DNA from: Epithemia pelagica
Lineage: Eukaryota; Protista; Bacillariophyta
Direction of reading: 5' to 3'
NCBI GenBank assembly: GCA_946965045.2
Contig: OX337232.1
Span: 2,356,001 to 2,420,000 of the forward strand
Length of the DNA stretch: 64,000 nucleotides
A program made the translations under genes and the position numbers. The notes beneath the pieces were generated by a model that did not search any database, had not been told where the DNA came from, and worked only from the letters and a program-made list of their open reading frames with translations. How positions within the stretch are numbered: the stretch's first letter is position 1; each line of letters begins with the position of its first letter. Shown in pieces: positions 1-10,768 of this stretch.

Positions 1-1942
1 GAATCTCTACAGAGGGAAGAGCAGTTCCCAGACTGTACATACGGTTTGAGGTCTGAAAATAAGAGGCATAGCCTCCACCATCCACTGGCCGGAGTGACAT
101 CACTAGGACGATGCCGAGGAACCTCGTCATTTCTTGTGCCGTGACATCCTTCCATTTTTGGGAATGATAATAACCTCGGCGCCCCATCAAACGCGGACGG
201 ATTTTCTGGTGAAAGTACTGATTAGTTGCGGCAGCCATATCGGAAATCAATGAATTCGACAATCCACCAATAACACGGATACAATCTAGTGGAGTATGGA
301 ACTCATCCGCTACTCCAGCTTTCAGACCGTCTTCTCCACGAAACATTGACCTGTTATGACGTTCCTTACCAATCCACGACAACATATTGGTAGACGCATC
401 AACCTCCTTGTAATGAAAGTGCAAGTTGTCGATCAGTACTTTGAGATTTGTTGAATTGTTGGGGTCTTCGTTGTCCGAAACCGAGTCTGTTGATTCTCCA
501 TCATCTTCTTGTGTATTGTCTTGGGCAGAATCGTTGTCATCGCTTTGACAATAATCATCCAATGGATTCTGTGACCTTTGCACGGTATCGTTGAAGTCCA
601 GCTCAAAACCACCGTCGGCATCTTCATCTGAAGAAGATCCGTTGTCGTCAATGTCATCATTTGCTCTAGCGTTATTTTGCTGTTGTTCTTGTCGACGAGT
701 GGTGACAGTAGGGATGGCAGCCATTTCTATGGAGTTGTTGTTTGGTTGAAGTTGTTGAGCCGCGGTATCAGTTGTCCCTGTCGAGTCTCTTGTATTGGAA
801 GTACCAAAAAGACGTGTGGCAACTTGGTTGATTGGAGTGTGATTGTTATCTTCATCTCCAGTTGCTGCCTCAAAGTTATTCATTGCTGGAGAGGGTTCAC
901 CTCGTGGGGCAGTCATCAAAGTGGCTCGACCCTGTGCTCGCTCTTGAGTGGACGGTGGATTGGATCGTGTCCGACGATTGGAATGCCGCAAAGATGAATT
1001 GCTAGCATTCCTTAGGGCGTCTCTTCTTCGTGCTCATTCTGTTGTTGGAGGAGGTGGTGGTGGTGCTCTTGCTGTGTTGCCGCGTCGAGGCGATCGTCGT
1101 AGTGTAGGTGACTGTGTGTTGCCGCGTCGAGGCGATCGTCGTAGTGCAGGTGACTGTGTGACGTTGTTGCTGCCACCATGAGCCTCGGAAACTTGACTTT
1201 GTTGTTGTTGCTGTTGTGTTACAGATGGTTCACCATCTGGCCTGTATGCTTCAATGTACTGACGAAGCCTCTCTTTCACTGTTTTCGTTGATATGAATTG
1301 AGACTTGATCCAGTTCTGGGGGACTTGCATAGTACTAATCGTACCGTTGTCCCAGATAATGGAATAAGCATTGCCATTTTTCTTTGACGGGCACTCCATG
1401 ATTTTTCCGACTAGACAAACAGGATTGTCAGTTTCATTTGGACGAAAGCGCCGTAGAAAATCTTGGTAGAAGTTATCATGGATCCAAAATTCGTCTGGAG
1501 CAACAAGAAAGCGCTTGGCATATGAAAACCGCGATCGCTGGTGGTTGTTGCCAGGTGGACGTCAAGGACGATCGTGTGTCTGTATTGTTTCGGTAGCGAC
1601 GCCTCCCGGACGGGCAACGTTGGAACCCGATTCTGTTGCATGTTTGCGTGTTGCTGTTGTTGTAGTAGTTGTAGGTGCAACGTTGGTGGATGAATCCATT
1701 GCTTCCGAATTGCGGGGTGGAGGTGCGACAGTATTGTTGGCGATTGCTTCAAACGGTGGTGGTGGTTGGGGGGGAACACCAAAGGCTGCCTCTGTTGCTA
1801 AGGCATTGCCAACAGATTGCTCGGGAAGTTGGGCGGTATCTTCGGTGGCATGGTCAATATCTGGTTCGATGAGCGGTTGCGACAAATTCGGTTGTCCTGA
1901 CTCTTGGTCCTCGTTCTCCGCAGGTACAGCTGCAGACGACAT
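1..1942 (-). pseudogene. piggyBac-like (DDE_Tnp_1_7-type) transposase, 5' part, running off the window start; two in-frame TGA stops
   Basis: One frame from ATG at 1942 to base 1, broken only by TGA at 1562-1564 and 1034-1036 (1033 to 1 checked open by hand). Near the window edge it reads QKWKDVTAQEMTRFLGIVLVMSLRPVDGGGYASYF, the typical piggyBac N-terminal 'dvt..Em..FlGi...M.l.p' segment. Confidence 0.75.
1073..1159. repeat. 42-bp tandem duplication inside the transposase ORF (TQSP[A/T]LRRSPRRGN x2)
   Basis: tgtgttgccgcgtcgaggcgatcgtcgtagtg[t/c]aggtgactg starts at 1073 and again at 1115. Confidence 0.9.
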
Positions 1943-2236
1943 TGCCTTTGGTGGACGTCTTCTTCACTATGTTGACCGTCAAAATGGAGAATCCTGCAAC
2001 GATCGGCAAAGATGATAGGAATATAGAATCATACAAAGTTGGGCCCTAGGCACAGGATGATCGAAATGAACAGAAATGAGGAAAATCGCCAATTTTTCAA
2101 AGCAAAATATCACGCTATTGACTGTGTATTTACTGTAGACTATCATATATGAAGTTGTTCGGAATTCCAAGATCATTCGAACGATGAAGTCAGATCTGCA
2201 TGAAATTAAAGTTCAGGAAGTTATACCAAGTGAAAG

Positions 2237-2298
2237 TTAAGGGAGTAGCGTATACGCTGCTCCCATATATGGGAGTAGCGTATACGCTGCTCGCTTAC
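2237..2298. repeat. 62-bp near-perfect palindrome made of two self-palindromic 24-mers
   Basis: TTAA-GGGAGTAGCGTATACGCTGCTCCC-ATATAT-GGGAGTAGCGTATACGCTGCTCGC-TTAC. Confidence 0.85.
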
Positions 2299-2310
2299 GA
2301 TTGGCGTTAA

Positions 2311-3476
2311 CCACACCCAGTTTTTTGGCACCAGTGGTCTGCCTGTCAACTCTTTCATGGTCTGTCCCGCTTACCAAAAACTCCAACTTGTCTAGAAAAA
2401 ATTTCACATCCGTCTGGAAAGGCTTGCGTGATATGGCAGTTGGAAGTTGGCAGGCGTTCTGCTGAACAAGACTCGAAAGAATGTTGTCCGGTCCGGTCTG
2501 GAGGCCACAAAATCCACGCAGAAAACAAAATGAGGCAACGACCAAACCAACAACAACACCAAAACGGCCTCATGCTTCGTCACTGAGCACTGAGCATCTC
2601 ATCTTTGTCAGCATGGTAAGTTCCACATAGCTTAACCCCTGCATTGGAATTGGACAATGGTTTGGGATAGGTTCTCTCACTTCTTTGCCATAGTGCCATG
2701 TGTTTGTGCCATATAACATCCATTTTTGGTCCATACAATGGGCGGCAGCTAAAATCAATTGTAGGATTATTTTAGTATTCTATAGAGTTTTAAAGCTCAG
2801 TGAGATAGAATTAGTGGTGCAAACCATCCATTTCTCATCTGTTGCTCAGTTTGAGTCTTCAGTTGCTTGTGTTGTCGACTTGCTCCTCTTGTTCTTTTTT
2901 TTGCCCGGAGCATGCTTGTGTTTCTGAGCAGCATTTGAGACTCTGCATGCTCCATAACAAAAGCACGAAGAGAGTCATTCCAAATAGGGGTGTAGGGTGT
3001 ACTTTTAGGTCAAGGTCACAATTGCTTGCAAAGAGACATGCCTACGGCATAGACAAGGTGTTGTGGATGAGGGTGTGCTTTTAAACCGAGAACTACAGGA
3101 GAAAAACAACACTAGAAAAAGGAGGGATGGGGGCACAGCCAAACTCTATCTATGGTCTATTCATGTCAAAAATGTCAGTGGTATGCATGATAGAGAATGT
3201 ATGCTCATGGTGCATGTCCATTGTCCATAAGAAAGAGGGAGAAGAGAAGAAGACGAGAAAAAATTGTGTGGATTGGAACTTGGAACAGGGGAAAGTGACG
3301 CCGAACAAAGACCAACGGTCAAAGTGCACACGTCTGCTCACAAGATTTCAAAAGGGTGACGCAGAAGGCCGGCGTGATCATTTTTATTTTGACCAGAAAT
3401 TTTCATCAAAAACGCAAAAAAACGAAAATGAAAATGTTGGTCGGGAAGAGCGACCGGATTAAAAAACTGGGTGTGC
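2311..3476. mobile_element. Non-autonomous TTAA-targeting TIR element (piggyBac/Kolobok-type), 1166 bp
   Basis: TTAA|CCACACCCAGTTTTTT (2307-2326) and AAAAAACTGGGTGTGC|TTAA (3461-3480): 16-bp TIRs with one terminal mismatch and TTAA on both sides; no transposase ORF inside. Confidence 0.75.
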
Positions 3477-4628
3477 TTAATCGGGAGTTAGATGTCCTCT
3501 AACAGAACCTTCATTTTCTGGGTATGCTTCCGATTGCCCTCCATATTGCACTCTTCCACCGTTGAAGAGTCACCATTATCATTGCAATCAGATATTTTGG
3601 AATGCTCTGTGGAGCAAATGAATGACACAGGGTGAGAGAAAAGAGTCCCATGTCCCATCCCACACGGTGACCAATGTAGCGCTTACCTTACACGCAACAG
3701 AAACCGCTGCTGGAAATTCTCCAGCGCTGGATTTACTATGATCCATGATGTGTCTATTGTCTACTATCTATTAGAATCTTTTTGTCCAATGTTCATTATT
3801 ATTATCATTATGAATGAAGATGTTGTGTGTGGTATGTGGTTGTGTGATTCGTGATTCGTGATCCAAAAGTCAAGAATTATAAGCTCTTGACTCTTCTCGG
3901 TTCTTGGTTCTGACTGACCCACCTCATCAATCCTAAATGAAAAATGAAGGCGTCAACCTCAAGCTTATCCTATTTCTCCAATCTAGAAATAAAAGATACA
4001 AGATACAAGATAGCTCTTTATTCTTTATACGATCTTATCTCTCTAGAGAGGAGTAGCTAGTATAGAGAGGCACCTAGGTAGCTAGCACCTACTACCTACT
4101 AGGATTACTACAAGCTGGTTCACGTTGCGAAGTGCATGAGTTTTTCAGAGTGGGAAATTGTATACTACACTTTATCCCACAGTACCCCAGCGTTTCGAAC
4201 CAGTTACTTTTTCATGCTCCTCACATTTTGTCGCGCACATATCGTAAAATGCAAAATGCAATAACGACAAGTGACCGCTTCATGCGACAATGGCCATTCA
4301 CCAGCCGAGATGCGAAGCACCACCCAACCTAATCAATAGGATAGATATAAAAGTAGTAGGAAATCATAGGGGTGTCGCGCATCTCGACCTGTAGTTCAGT
4401 CTCCACAAGGAGTGAACGTATTTCCACTGCTGAGCATCGTGGACAATCATTCTCCATCTCCTTAGCTGTGCCCATAAAAACAAATTAAACCTACTTCGTC
4501 TATTAGTTGCAGCAGTTCTTGTGCTTGCGGCCATGAATGGCATCGTATTTGCCCAAACATCGGGACGTCCCATTGTCATTGTCATTGTCATGGGTGCTGT
4601 GCTGCAGAAAATCACTATGGAATTTTAT

Positions 4629-4864
4629 TGCCGCAATCTATCGTTATAGATGCGTCTCTTGTCGTACTCAGCGGTCAAATGATCGCTATGGTCAACAAAT
4701 GATGACGGTAGGCAGGGAACGGAAGGGAGAAGAGATGCAACAATCAAACAAAGCGGAATTATGATTCCAAACTGTGTGTGGGAGTTATTCTACTTTCTTG
4801 GCTCGACTCGCGCGCTCCAAGGCTGCTACCCCACTAGCATGCATACTTCCCCACTGTCACGACA
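4629..4864 (-). repeat. 3' LTR of copia 1
   Basis: Identical to 10769-11004 by direct comparison. Confidence 0.97.
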
Positions 4865-4873
4865 CTCCCTCTC
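4865..4873 (-). promoter_or_regulatory. Polypurine tract of copia 1
   Basis: GAGAGGGAG on the minus strand abuts the 3' LTR. Confidence 0.8.
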
Positions 4874-4913
4874 AGACGGAGGAGCGATTGCAGTTGAGCA
4901 ATTATAGTTTGGT

Positions 4914-7900
4914 TCACCATCCAGCTAGCATCTCTCTTGCTCGGACGAATAAAGTCTTATCCAACCCCTTGGTAAGACAGTCAGCAATTTGATCTTCGGA
5001 AGCGACCTTTACAAGTTGAATCTCACCCCTTGAGACATTCTCCTTGAAAAAGTGGTACTTCACAGCAATATGTTTTGATCTGGGCGTCATCTTTGGTGTT
5101 GTGGCCAAGAGCAAAGCCCCATTGTTATCCTCGAAGACTTTTGAATAGGCACGGCATGGAAGGATCTTGGCGCCAAACATTCCCTTAATTTCAGCAACCA
5201 GTCCCCGAAGTGGTAGCAAATCACGCATGGCAAGACTGAGAGCGATGTACTCAGCTTCCATTGTGGACACAGCAATCTCCGATTGAAGCTTTGATACCCA
5301 GTGAACAGGGCACCCGGCCACCATCAAGACATATCCGGTTCTTGATTTTACACACAATGGATCCTGTGGATCCTCGGCATTCCATTGTCCGGCAAAGTCC
5401 GAATCAACATAGCAATCAACGGTCAAGTGTTTGGACGGTGTCAAGATCATTCCTCGGTCTTTGGTCCCTTTCAAATATCGGCATATCCGTTTGACAGCTT
5501 GTCCATGGGAGGCTTTTGGATTATGGGTAAATCTTGCACACTGGTGCACGGCAAACGCAATCTCCGGCCTGGAGTTGGATGCCAAATAAAGTAACATGCC
5601 GACCACTGACGAGTAGCTCCATTTCTCGCAAAACTCAGCTCCATCCTTGTCTGTTCCAAGTGGAGTCTGACTCGCAGGAGTCTTATCCGGATTGCACTCT
5701 TGCAACCCTGTTGCTTTCAACACTCGTTCAATCAGTCCCAACTGTTTCAACTTAATTTGGTCGTCATCCAGTCGTTCAAAGGCGATGCCCAGATAGGCGG
5801 AGACGTCTCCCTCTACTGTCAGTTCGAGATCGTCTTTCAAAGAGTCCAAGACTTTCAGGATTCTTGCTTCATCCGGTGCCACCCAAATCACATCGTCAAT
5901 GTAGACAAGGCACAATATTTGCTTTGTTGCATCAAAGAAAAGGCATGGATCATATTTGCTCTGAGTGAAGCCACGCTGCTCCAGGTGGCCTTTCAAATGA
6001 TCATACCAGGAAAGGGGAGCTTGTCTCAGGCCATATAAGGTTTTGCGCAATCGCAAGACATAATCTTCTGTGCTATCCTGTGCGGCGAAATCCTTCGGCA
6101 GCTCCATATACACGTCTTCTTCGAGAGTCGCTTGGGCGAACGCATTCGAATAGTCCGTTTGGACTGTCACCCAATTGAACACCAGACTCAACAATAAAAC
6201 AAGGCGGATCGTTGTCCATTGCACGACAGGAGCGTAGGTTTCAAAGAAATCTACTCCTTCGATCTGTTTGTCGCCTCGCACACACAACCTTGCTTTTAGT
6301 TTCCGAATGGATCCATCTGGATACCGCTTGCGCCGGAATGCCCACGTTGAGGGCAATGCTTTGCGACCTTTTGCTTCCATGGTGGAGCGTTTCTCTAAGT
6401 CCCATGTGTGTTTTCCTTCTAATTCACGGACTTCGTTTCCCATTGCTTCGGTGAATCCCTCGCGGTCGTCCCCGGTCATTGCTTCAAAATACGAAGGCAA
6501 GTCAGGATCCTTCTTCTTGGACTTTGTTGAGGCTTGGTACACAATTGGATCACGGAATCCGTACGTGTCTGTTTCATCATCGACATCCAGATAGGCTTGA
6601 TAAGCAGCCGTTGTCGTGGCGTCTGAAACAAAGAGAGCGAAACTCTTCAGGGCTTGATATCCTGCTCCTTGGGTTCCATCATAACCCCAACGGAGAGGAG
6701 GTTTTCGTTGTCTACCGGAGCGTCGTACTCCTGGAGAAGGGGAGGAAGGCAAGTTTGGTGACGGCGGCACAGGCGGTGGTGGCGGATCAAACACTGGCTC
6801 GTCGGTTCCATCCGGTGGTGCTGGCGGCGGTTCTTCTGTCTCTCGAGGCTGTTCAGGACGTTGTTGTTGTAACGAAGGAGAATCAGGGTTAGGAGGATGT
6901 TGCCTCTCCCTCTGATCCTGCAATGCATCGTCTGTTCGAGGTGGCGGAGGCTCCCTCTGCTGCTGAGGCTGGTCTTGGCCTTGCCGAATTTGTGCAGAAC
7001 GTTCAGCGTTGTCGGCATATCGGTCCATCCACTCATCAGCCAGAACGACGGGGTCATCGTCGTCGAAAGCATAGTGGTACCTCGAATCTGCAAAGAGTTG
7101 GGTCCACTGGTTGGCATCAAATGGTTCGTCGCGGGCTGTTCCAATGACGCTGGTAAACCAGTCGTCAAAGACGACGTGAAACTGCGGCGAGATGTGACCG
7201 GTCCGAGTATTCAAGACCAATGGTACACGCGACGAATGACGACGAGAGAATCCGAGAAAAATTCCACGACGAGAACGGGGCTTCCACTTTGGCAGCTTGT
7301 GTCCGTCCTGAAGGGTCGGCTCAAGAACGTAACACGGACAGCCCCAAACATGCATGTCCTGAAAAGAGGCACGCGACACTTTCGTCCGTAAAACCAATTC
7401 CAACGGAGACATCATTCCTGCACTGGCTCTCGGCATGTGGTTGTGCTGGTGCACGACATAGTCCACGGCCATAGGCCATAAGCTCATATCAGCGGCGTCA
7501 GGCCATCGAATGGCAGCGTGAATCAAGATTGTGCGGACTTTTGTAAGGATGGTACCAATGCCGCGCTCTGCGATGCCATTCTGGTGATGCGCTCCAACTC
7601 CACTAAACTTAATATTTTGTAGACCATTCTCAATTTCTTGCACGAAAGCTTTCGAAGCAAAGATCCCATTGTCCGATTGGTAGGCTTGGACAGTCACTCC
7701 CATGTCAAACATGCGTTTCTCGTATCGTTGTTTAGCCGCGATAGTCTCTGTGGCTGTAAAATTGACGAGATGTTCGATGTGGATGTCGCCTGTTGCATGG
7801 TCGACGAAGATACAACCGCCCGAATACATACTGTCGGTGTGGGTTTTGCCTTTGGACGAGTACAGGCGACCCTTCTGCGTAACGGTGAAATGGTCCATCG

Positions 7901-9182
7901 AGACACGTTGGCCAGGGAACAGGTTTTCCTTCTTAAGGCCATACTCCCTCTCAGGCACAGAGGTTTTCGTGGTAGTGTCTGTCGGACGACGGGTGGCTTT
8001 GCCAAATTCACAGCTCGCACATTTGGGGAGATCACATTTGGAGGCGGCGCGCAACAAAGGAGAGTTGCCAAGGGCGCCGGTTTTCATCAAACGTTGGAGC
8101 GAAGCAAGGCCCTGATGGCACAAACGATAATGCCATTTCAAGAGCTCCTTCTGAGGCGATGTAAGGTTGGGGTTGTGCTCGTTGGTAACACACCCAGTTG
8201 TATTGGCTGCCGGTGCAGGCACGGAGGGTTTGGTATTCCACATGGAGCACGTTGGAAGGTTGTTGTCTTCACTGTAAGAGACAGAAGCATGTTTAGCGTG
8301 GCTTTTGTGATATTCAAATTTGGCTCCACGGATGACAAAGCTTTCTGGAGAGTCTTGACCGGCCTCGGCACCCATATGTTGAAGATAACTTTGCGGTGAA
8401 AGCAAACGACAACGAGCGGTAGGTACATGGTATGCGGGCGTGGTGATGGTCGTTGTAGTTCCATCATCAAGGGTCATTCCCCAACAGACTTTCCCGGTTC
8501 CAGCAATCGGGAGACCCTTGGCCAATCCTTGCAAGACAGAACCTTCCACTTCGGAATACTCAACAAAATCAGTTTTGGTAGGCGAGATGGTTATCGTTGC
8601 CCCTGAATCGAAGGTCACCAGGAAAGAGTCTTTTGGTTTTGAAGAGAAGAGCGATGTCCATGTGAATGGTACGTCAGCTCCCTCTGTTGACGGTGCAGCA
8701 ACATTGGCTTCCGTGTTGTTGGGTGGAAGCAGCAAGGCGAATTCTGGGATCTCAGGAGGAGGCCGTCCCGTGGTTGGTTCCACCTCGTCGGGCTCTTGCG
8801 TCGGAAGTCTAGCGCGTGGCGCATGACGATCATGCCAGCGAGGAGGACCACGGACACGGTGGTCGAATTGCCGACTTGCGACAATCAACGAAGGAAACTT
8901 GTGTAACGGTGCGCCAAGTACGTTTGTCATGGCTTGGGTGCTCATGATTATGGCAGAATAGCACACGAGCAGCTTGGGTAAGACTGCAAGTGGCGAGCGA
9001 CGATAGTAGCGACAGGCACGGCGATGCCGACGATACGGTTTGCGAGGCCAAAGGTTTTGGTGTAGTAGTCGCCCGATGGCGAGAATCAATCGCAAACAAC
9101 AATCAAAGACGAAGGATAAAATGGGCTGTGGATTCAGCAATACCAAGAAACTCCAAAGGGCAAGCAGAATCCGCCCAACCAG
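4914..9182 (-). CDS. pol: Copia 1 pol (protease, GAG-pre-integrase, integrase, RT, RNase H), in frame with gag after a single TGA
   Basis: PR motif FDSGAT, LLKWHYRLCH...CASC zinc finger, integrase DHF...SDNG...AERGI, RT CVRGDKQ/LYGLRQAP/VYIDD, RNase H VDSDFAG...KSRTGY...ADCLTK; no internal stops. Confidence 0.95.
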   Translation of the reverse strand: MVGRILLALWSFLVLLNPQPILSFVFDCCLRLILAIGRLLHQNLWPRKPYRRHRRACRYYRRSPLAVLPKLLVCYSAIIMSTQAMTNVLGAPLHKFPSLIVASRQFDHRVRGPPRWHDRHAPRARLPTQEPDEVEPTTGRPPPEIPEFALLLPPNNTEANVAAPSTEGADVPFTWTSLFSSKPKDSFLVTFDSGATITISPTKTDFVEYSEVEGSVLQGLAKGLPIAGTGKVCWGMTLDDGTTTTITTPAYHVPTARCRLLSPQSYLQHMGAEAGQDSPESFVIRGAKFEYHKSHAKHASVSYSEDNNLPTCSMWNTKPSVPAPAANTTGCVTNEHNPNLTSPQKELLKWHYRLCHQGLASLQRLMKTGALGNSPLLRAASKCDLPKCASCEFGKATRRPTDTTTKTSVPEREYGLKKENLFPGQRVSMDHFTVTQKGRLYSSKGKTHTDSMYSGGCIFVDHATGDIHIEHLVNFTATETIAAKQRYEKRMFDMGVTVQAYQSDNGIFASKAFVQEIENGLQNIKFSGVGAHHQNGIAERGIGTILTKVRTILIHAAIRWPDAADMSLWPMAVDYVVHQHNHMPRASAGMMSPLELVLRTKVSRASFQDMHVWGCPCYVLEPTLQDGHKLPKWKPRSRRGIFLGFSRRHSSRVPLVLNTRTGHISPQFHVVFDDWFTSVIGTARDEPFDANQWTQLFADSRYHYAFDDDDPVVLADEWMDRYADNAERSAQIRQGQDQPQQQREPPPPRTDDALQDQRERQHPPNPDSPSLQQQRPEQPRETEEPPPAPPDGTDEPVFDPPPPPVPPSPNLPSSPSPGVRRSGRQRKPPLRWGYDGTQGAGYQALKSFALFVSDATTTAAYQAYLDVDDETDTYGFRDPIVYQASTKSKKKDPDLPSYFEAMTGDDREGFTEAMGNEVRELEGKHTWDLEKRSTMEAKGRKALPSTWAFRRKRYPDGSIRKLKARLCVRGDKQIEGVDFFETYAPVVQWTTIRLVLLLSLVFNWVTVQTDYSNAFAQATLEEDVYMELPKDFAAQDSTEDYVLRLRKTLYGLRQAPLSWYDHLKGHLEQRGFTQSKYDPCLFFDATKQILCLVYIDDVIWVAPDEARILKVLDSLKDDLELTVEGDVSAYLGIAFERLDDDQIKLKQLGLIERVLKATGLQECNPDKTPASQTPLGTDKDGAEFCEKWSYSSVVGMLLYLASNSRPEIAFAVHQCARFTHNPKASHGQAVKRICRYLKGTKDRGMILTPSKHLTVDCYVDSDFAGQWNAEDPQDPLCVKSRTGYVLMVAGCPVHWVSKLQSEIAVSTMEAEYIALSLAMRDLLPLRGLVAEIKGMFGAKILPCRAYSKVFEDNNGALLLATTPKMTPRSKHIAVKYHFFKENVSRGEIQLVKVASEDQIADCLTKGLDKTLFVRAREMLAGW

Positions 9183-10661
9183 TCATTCTTCATCGTCATC
9201 AAGGATGGATGCAGCGCCAACAAAAGCTAGGGAGGCTGCTCCAGCAGGTTTGGCTGTTTTCTTGTCGCCAGTTTGCGAAGAAGGCAAGTCATTTCGATGT
9301 GTGGCGGTGCCATGGGACAATCGCCAGAAACCACAAACGGCACACCAGTGCCAGTCAGTGCCGTTCACATTTTTCGTTTCTGGTTCGTTTGGTCCAGGCG
9401 CAATAGATTTCCATGGTGCTTTGGGGGCTTTAGACTTTTTGTTGGTCTTGTCGCCACCGTGTTGGTTTGCAGGGTTCTTGGGACAGTCTTTCTTTAGATG
9501 GTCTTCGGAACCACAAAGATAACATTTGCGTCCATTGCCTCCGCCTTTACCATTACCATTCTTGTTCTTGAGCGCGGCAGACACTTGTTTCTGCACGAGA
9601 TTGTTTATTTCAGCTTTGGTGAAGGTCAATGCTTCCGGTGGGTTTCCCGAATCGGCCTTTCCGGATGGGCCCCAGCGGTCGGCAGTCGAAAGGAGGGTGT
9701 ACTCTGCATTGGCTTCTTCAACCAAGTCTTGCACAGAAACATAGTCAGGTTCAGCTGAGCGTGCATCAATGGTAGCTTTGGATAAGCCATGCACTTTTGT
9801 GACCCACTGGTTCACGGCAGTACTCCGTGCCATAAATTTCACTCGAAACTGTTCAACCGAAGACGTGCACAGCTGCTCGTTGAGGATGAAAGGAGCATCA
9901 CTCGGCACATTGCGACCCAACTCAACGCAAGTCTGAAGAAACTTGGTTGTAAACACCTTAACATCTTCGCCTGGTGTTTGCCGCAGCTTTAGAGACTCTA
10001 ACTGGATCTTGAGAGCCTTGATTCGTTGGAATGAGGCTGTGCGCACTTCGCGAACGACGTAAATCCAAAGGATGGGTCCGTAGCGCAAATCTCTAGGTAG
10101 GAGTGGCCGAATGCTTGTTTTCACCGTTTCATCTAACACAGCCATGATTGCTTTGTATGCGAGGTCCATATTGTTAGTGGAGTAGTCGTCATACAGTGGT
10201 GTTGTCGCTGCTTGAGCATTTCGGAAGTGTGTGACAACATAAGCGGGTGAGAACTCCGAGTCCTCATGCAGAATGTTGACCAATTGTGTCGGATTCTGGG
10301 GATCTGGAAGGTAGAATTCCGCATCCATTCCGTGAAACTCCACATGCTCTGACACCAATTCTGCAAACTGTTCAATGGTCAGTTCCTTCTCGTCTCTGGT
10401 AAACTTTCGCGAATCGGTGTCGCTTGTCAAGATCGTTGTCTTGTACTTAAGTCCTTTGTGAGCCTCTGTTGGGTCCTGCAACTGGTAGCAGTAGGGGCTA
10501 CGTGGAACAGTTCGCGTCGTTGCGGTAAACGTGTTGTCTGTTGGCCTTCCTCCAGTCCATGGATGGATGCCATTCAACCCACCTAACCGTGGTCTCGTCG
10601 GTGCTCTCGGTGGAGTCGGTCGTGGTGTTAAAGGAGGAGCCGTTGTCGCTCCTGTTGACAT
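9183..10661 (-). CDS. gag: Copia 1 gag, 492 aa
   Basis: Position directly after the PBS; CCHC knuckle CYLCGSEDHLKKDC plus a second WHWCAVCG...H motif. Confidence 0.92.
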   Translation of the reverse strand: MSTGATTAPPLTPRPTPPRAPTRPRLGGLNGIHPWTGGRPTDNTFTATTRTVPRSPYCYQLQDPTEAHKGLKYKTTILTSDTDSRKFTRDEKELTIEQFAELVSEHVEFHGMDAEFYLPDPQNPTQLVNILHEDSEFSPAYVVTHFRNAQAATTPLYDDYSTNNMDLAYKAIMAVLDETVKTSIRPLLPRDLRYGPILWIYVVREVRTASFQRIKALKIQLESLKLRQTPGEDVKVFTTKFLQTCVELGRNVPSDAPFILNEQLCTSSVEQFRVKFMARSTAVNQWVTKVHGLSKATIDARSAEPDYVSVQDLVEEANAEYTLLSTADRWGPSGKADSGNPPEALTFTKAEINNLVQKQVSAALKNKNGNGKGGGNGRKCYLCGSEDHLKKDCPKNPANQHGGDKTNKKSKAPKAPWKSIAPGPNEPETKNVNGTDWHWCAVCGFWRLSHGTATHRNDLPSSQTGDKKTAKPAGAASLAFVGAASILDDDEE

Positions 10662-10756
10662 GGTAGTCGTCGTTGTTTCTTCCTTCTTGTCGTTGCGTCG
10701 TTGTTACGATTCCAAATCTCGTCTTTTCGCTTGTATGCTCACAAACCCTTCAACTT

Positions 10757-10768
10757 GGGCTCATAACC
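10757..10768 (-). promoter_or_regulatory. Primer-binding site of copia 1, complementary to the anticodon arm of initiator tRNA-Met
   Basis: GGTTATGAGCCC immediately after the 5' LTR; complement GGG-CTCATAA-CC is an iMet anticodon stem-loop. Confidence 0.85.
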
